Below the pieces are notes generated by a model. It was not told the origin of the DNA. It worked only from the letters and a program-made list of their open reading frames with translations, and ran no database searches. From Isurus oxyrinchus (lineage: Eukaryota): a stretch of 64,000 nt of DNA. Of the stretch, positions 61,890-64,000 are shown one piece after another. The translations under genes and the position numbers were made by a program. The stretch is from assembly GCA_026770705.1 (NCBI GenBank), contig JANJGN010000032.1:18600001-18664000 (forward strand), in the 5' to 3' direction. Within the stretch, counting starts at the first letter, position 1; the number at the start of each line of letters is the position of its first letter.

Positions 61890-63134
61890 GTGAGTCCATT
61901 TCTGTTACTGCATTTCCTATAATATTTTTCTGTTGATTTCCAATAGAGATGCATTTTCCCAAAATGGAGAATGGAAACCAAACAATAAAACACACAAAAA
62001 AATCAATTCACCAGGGTTGTTGCAAACAAAATTTTGTTTTTTGGCAGGTGGCTGCTTTTAATGCCTATTCCTATGAAGATGGAAAGCCTTCAGGCCAATT
62101 CAATAAGTATTAAGAGTCAATCATGTCCTAAGGACTACGGTCACATGCAAGCCAGACAGGTTCCTTTCCTGAAGGGCATTTGTGAACGATGAGGATTGCA
62201 GCACCAATCTGGCAACTTTCATAGTCATTTTCCCACAAAGTACTAGATTTATTCAATTCTCAATTTACTACATTGGGATATGAATTTGCAATCTCTGGGT
62301 TAAATAGTCTAGTGCCATAACCATTGTACTACTGTGCCCTTGTAAACTACATTAACAGTCAAGGTTTTGGGTCCCTGATTTCCTTCCATTAAACTTCCTC
62401 CAAGTGGTTTTTCTACCCGCTCTTCCTCAGTCCCAATCTTCAATTAAATATTTTCATGTCACATTTTCTCTACTCATTCCCCCTCCTCTCCTCTCCTATA
62501 TGCTTCCTTTAGATTAAAGTTTCCAATAGATCAAAGATAAAAGATTAAAGATAAGGATAAAATTAGATTAAAGTTTCCAATCTACTCTGTTACGTTTTAA
62601 TGTAATACACTCTCCAAATAAGAAAATGGCAGCGTCAATCGCTCTGTTTTGTTGCCCTCACTAATGTTCATTATGCACATTTATGCAGCAAAGAGGAGCA
62701 GCGATATACTCCAGGAAAATCCCTGGGAAAATATGCCCTCAATCTTCAATTATACAAACAACATCTACCATCCAAACCAGTCCTCAGTGACACTAAACAA
62801 TTTAAAAGCAGTAATTTAACATGAATTTACTCAAGTGAGAAGCAAAAAGTGAGACTGACTCAATGTGGGAGTTTGGTTTTGAACACGAGTTCAGTTTAGA
62901 TGTTGATTACCTTTTAGTTGTTAACTCACAGAAACCAGCAACTGGTTTAAACCTGTAAGTGAACTTGGAACTGAGGGACTGGTGGCTAGTTGTTAACTGT
63001 TAAATGTATAAGTACAGCTGATTAAGCTGGGAAAAGGGCAATTCAAACTCTGGCACTTGGCTACATATTAAACAGGACGCGAAGAGATAAATTAGTGAGA
63101 GCACCCATAAGTTATATATATTTTATAGTATATA

Positions 63135-64000
63135 GATTTGCGCAAAACCACCGGCCACAATGGGGGCTTCTCACACCATATTGTCCCAAACCTGCCGCAT
63201 TACTTATGCATTCCTGGGAAACATGCCTTTCGATGGCGGGTGGGCTCCCATTCGTCTGCCACTCCATCATCTCACCACTTCATCATGCCGGGCACCATAT
63301 TTAAAGTTTAGCCACATGCACACCTCTCAGTGCTTCCAGCCCACGGCTGCTGCAAAGAAGACATAGCCCTGATAGGCCAAAAGACTGCAGCCCCCGAGTT
63401 TTATGACGTGTCCCTCGAGCGTCTTTTAGACTCAGTGGAGGCTCACCGTGATGTCCTGTACCTTCACTCTGGCCACAGGATGGGCAGCAATCTCACTAAT
63501 CTAGCTTGGGAGGTGGTGGTCAGTGCCAAATCCCTGCAAAAGAGGGTGGCCACCCAGTGCCAAAAAAGGATGAATGGTCTCATCCGCTCCGCCAATTCAC
63601 TCTTCTCATCACACTCAACTCACACACTCACAAACCCATCACACATCCACAGGGATGTCACACCTCAAGGGACAACACCACTAACTCTCACACACACTCA
63701 CATCTCCATCAGGCTCATACCCTCTGGAGCTTGTGTCCTCAGCCTATCCATGTCTCCACTCGCCACACAAGTATTCCTTGCAGTGTCGTGTGTCCTGCTC
63801 ACACTCTCTCCATCTGTTTTCATGCAGGAGAAGCTGGCTCACAACAGCAGGGAGACGTCCCAGACTGGGGGTGGAGTGGCCCACGTTAGGCCCCTCACTC
63901 ACTTTGAGGAGTGAGCCATCGCACTGACTGGTGAGGACGTGGACAGTGCCTGTGGTGATGGTGAGGTCAGCGGTGAACACCCACGTGAGGATCCTGCACC
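63135..64000 (+). mobile_element. Harbinger element, Myb/SANT-like DNA-binding gene half (runs off the window)
   Basis: ORF 63330-63914 APEFYDVSLERLLDSVEAHRDVLY..AWEVV..QCQKRMNGLIR; 63135-63230 resembles the left end of the 12630 element (atgcattcctgggaaa shared). Confidence 0.8.

Noticed and set aside
63330-63914. Domesticated MSANTD-type host gene
   Set aside because: Lies within a repeat sharing its end with the 12630 Harbinger, has a decayed start and splice donor, and sits in an aquaporin intron

Overview
Vertebrate genomic DNA, most likely a cartilaginous fish (inferred from the repeat families). About half is decayed transposon sequence: CR1, L2, RTE, Penelope, Harbinger, a pogo-like MITE, a solo LTR and DeuSINE/tRNA SINEs. 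Two + strand genes can be rebuilt by hand. The first is a complete 15-coding-exon TROAP/tastin orthologue (CDS 10790-39573, about 811 aa, all intron phases consistent, CpG/CCAAT promoter, poly(A) signal 41964). The second is the 5' part of an aquaporin-14-like gene (micro-exon MSFRE at 59092-59106 plus exon 61533-61889). The most unusual signal is a family of short palindromic elements carrying degenerate minimal hammerhead-ribozyme motifs, one of them in the putative TROAP 3'UTR; related hammerhead remnants sit at Penelope ends. Other notable items are an exon duplication in TROAP, a possible poison micro-exon, a templated 115-bp duplication around exon 2, and several nested insertions with readable target-site duplications. 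All homology calls are from recall; no searches were run.
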